Assembly: GCF_036588685.1 (NCBI RefSeq)
Contig: NC_086376.1
Location: forward strand, 93,041,630 to 93,105,629
Length of the DNA stretch: 64,000 bases
Direction of reading: 5' to 3'
Origin: Mytilus trossulus
Taxonomy: Eukaryota
This document shows, one piece after another, positions 63,613-64,000 of the stretch (positions are counted from its first letter, which is position 1; the number at the start of each line of letters is the position of its first letter). The notes beneath the pieces are model-generated. The model saw nothing but the letters and a program-made list of their open reading frames with translations. It did not search any database and was not told where the DNA came from. The position numbers were made by a program, and so were the translations under genes.

Positions 63613-64000
63613 TTAAAAGCTAATATCAGAAATTATAGTTATGAATCAATTACAATATATACTGACCGGCTTTAGAAACGCAACACTAGATTATTTTTGT
63701 GTTGTTTTTGAATGAATGTGACACTGTCAAAAGCGATGACTGCCTGTTACAAACGCCAAAATGATTGTCAGAAAGGTCAACAAATAATGTCTGACATGTT
63801 TAAGGTTCTGTTTTACACCTTCTGATTTTACATTTGTTCGACCCATTAATTGCTTTTGGCAATTATGCGGTTGGAACTTGAGGGCTTTAAAGGTTTTCCT
63901 TCAGTCGATTCTTTGGTAATTCAGTTTATGGGAAACATTTATGGCATGAATCTGTACTCAATGACACTCGGCAATTTGATTAGCAGTTGACGTTGCGGCC

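Overview
AT-rich, intron-rich animal genomic DNA. The repeat landscape looks like a bivalve mollusc, probably Mytilus-like (inference). Splicing by hand with GT/AG sites and consistent phases gives two head-to-head gene pairs. Pair 1 is a START-domain lipid-transfer gene (STARD4/5-like, minus strand, first 4 exons, runs off the left edge) and a complete HAX1 (7 exons, 320 aa). Pair 2 is a complete SRFBP1/BUD22 (minus strand, 7 exons, 681 aa) and RBM8A/Y14 (only exon 1 is clearly present). The presumed RBM8A intron 1 holds the most unusual object: a 10,755-bp TA-flanked DNA transposon (45034-55788, ~107-bp TIRs). It encodes a predicted 4-exon, 560-aa IS630/Tc1/mariner transposase with a DD83E (Sailor-type) triad, an acidic linker and a C-terminal PHD finger. 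A 584-bp MITE 200 bp away has diverged TIRs but shares two position-conserved subterminal motifs with it. Further right lie an intronless, stop-disrupted RCC1 fragment (possibly fused to a decayed RBM8A-like piece) and a disrupted zinc-finger/coiled-coil ORF. Introns are packed with Helentron-type elements, hAT-like elements with 6-bp TSDs, TTAA-flanked elements and homogeneous minisatellites, one of which is an array of 17 let-7 8mer seed matches on the START pre-mRNA strand.
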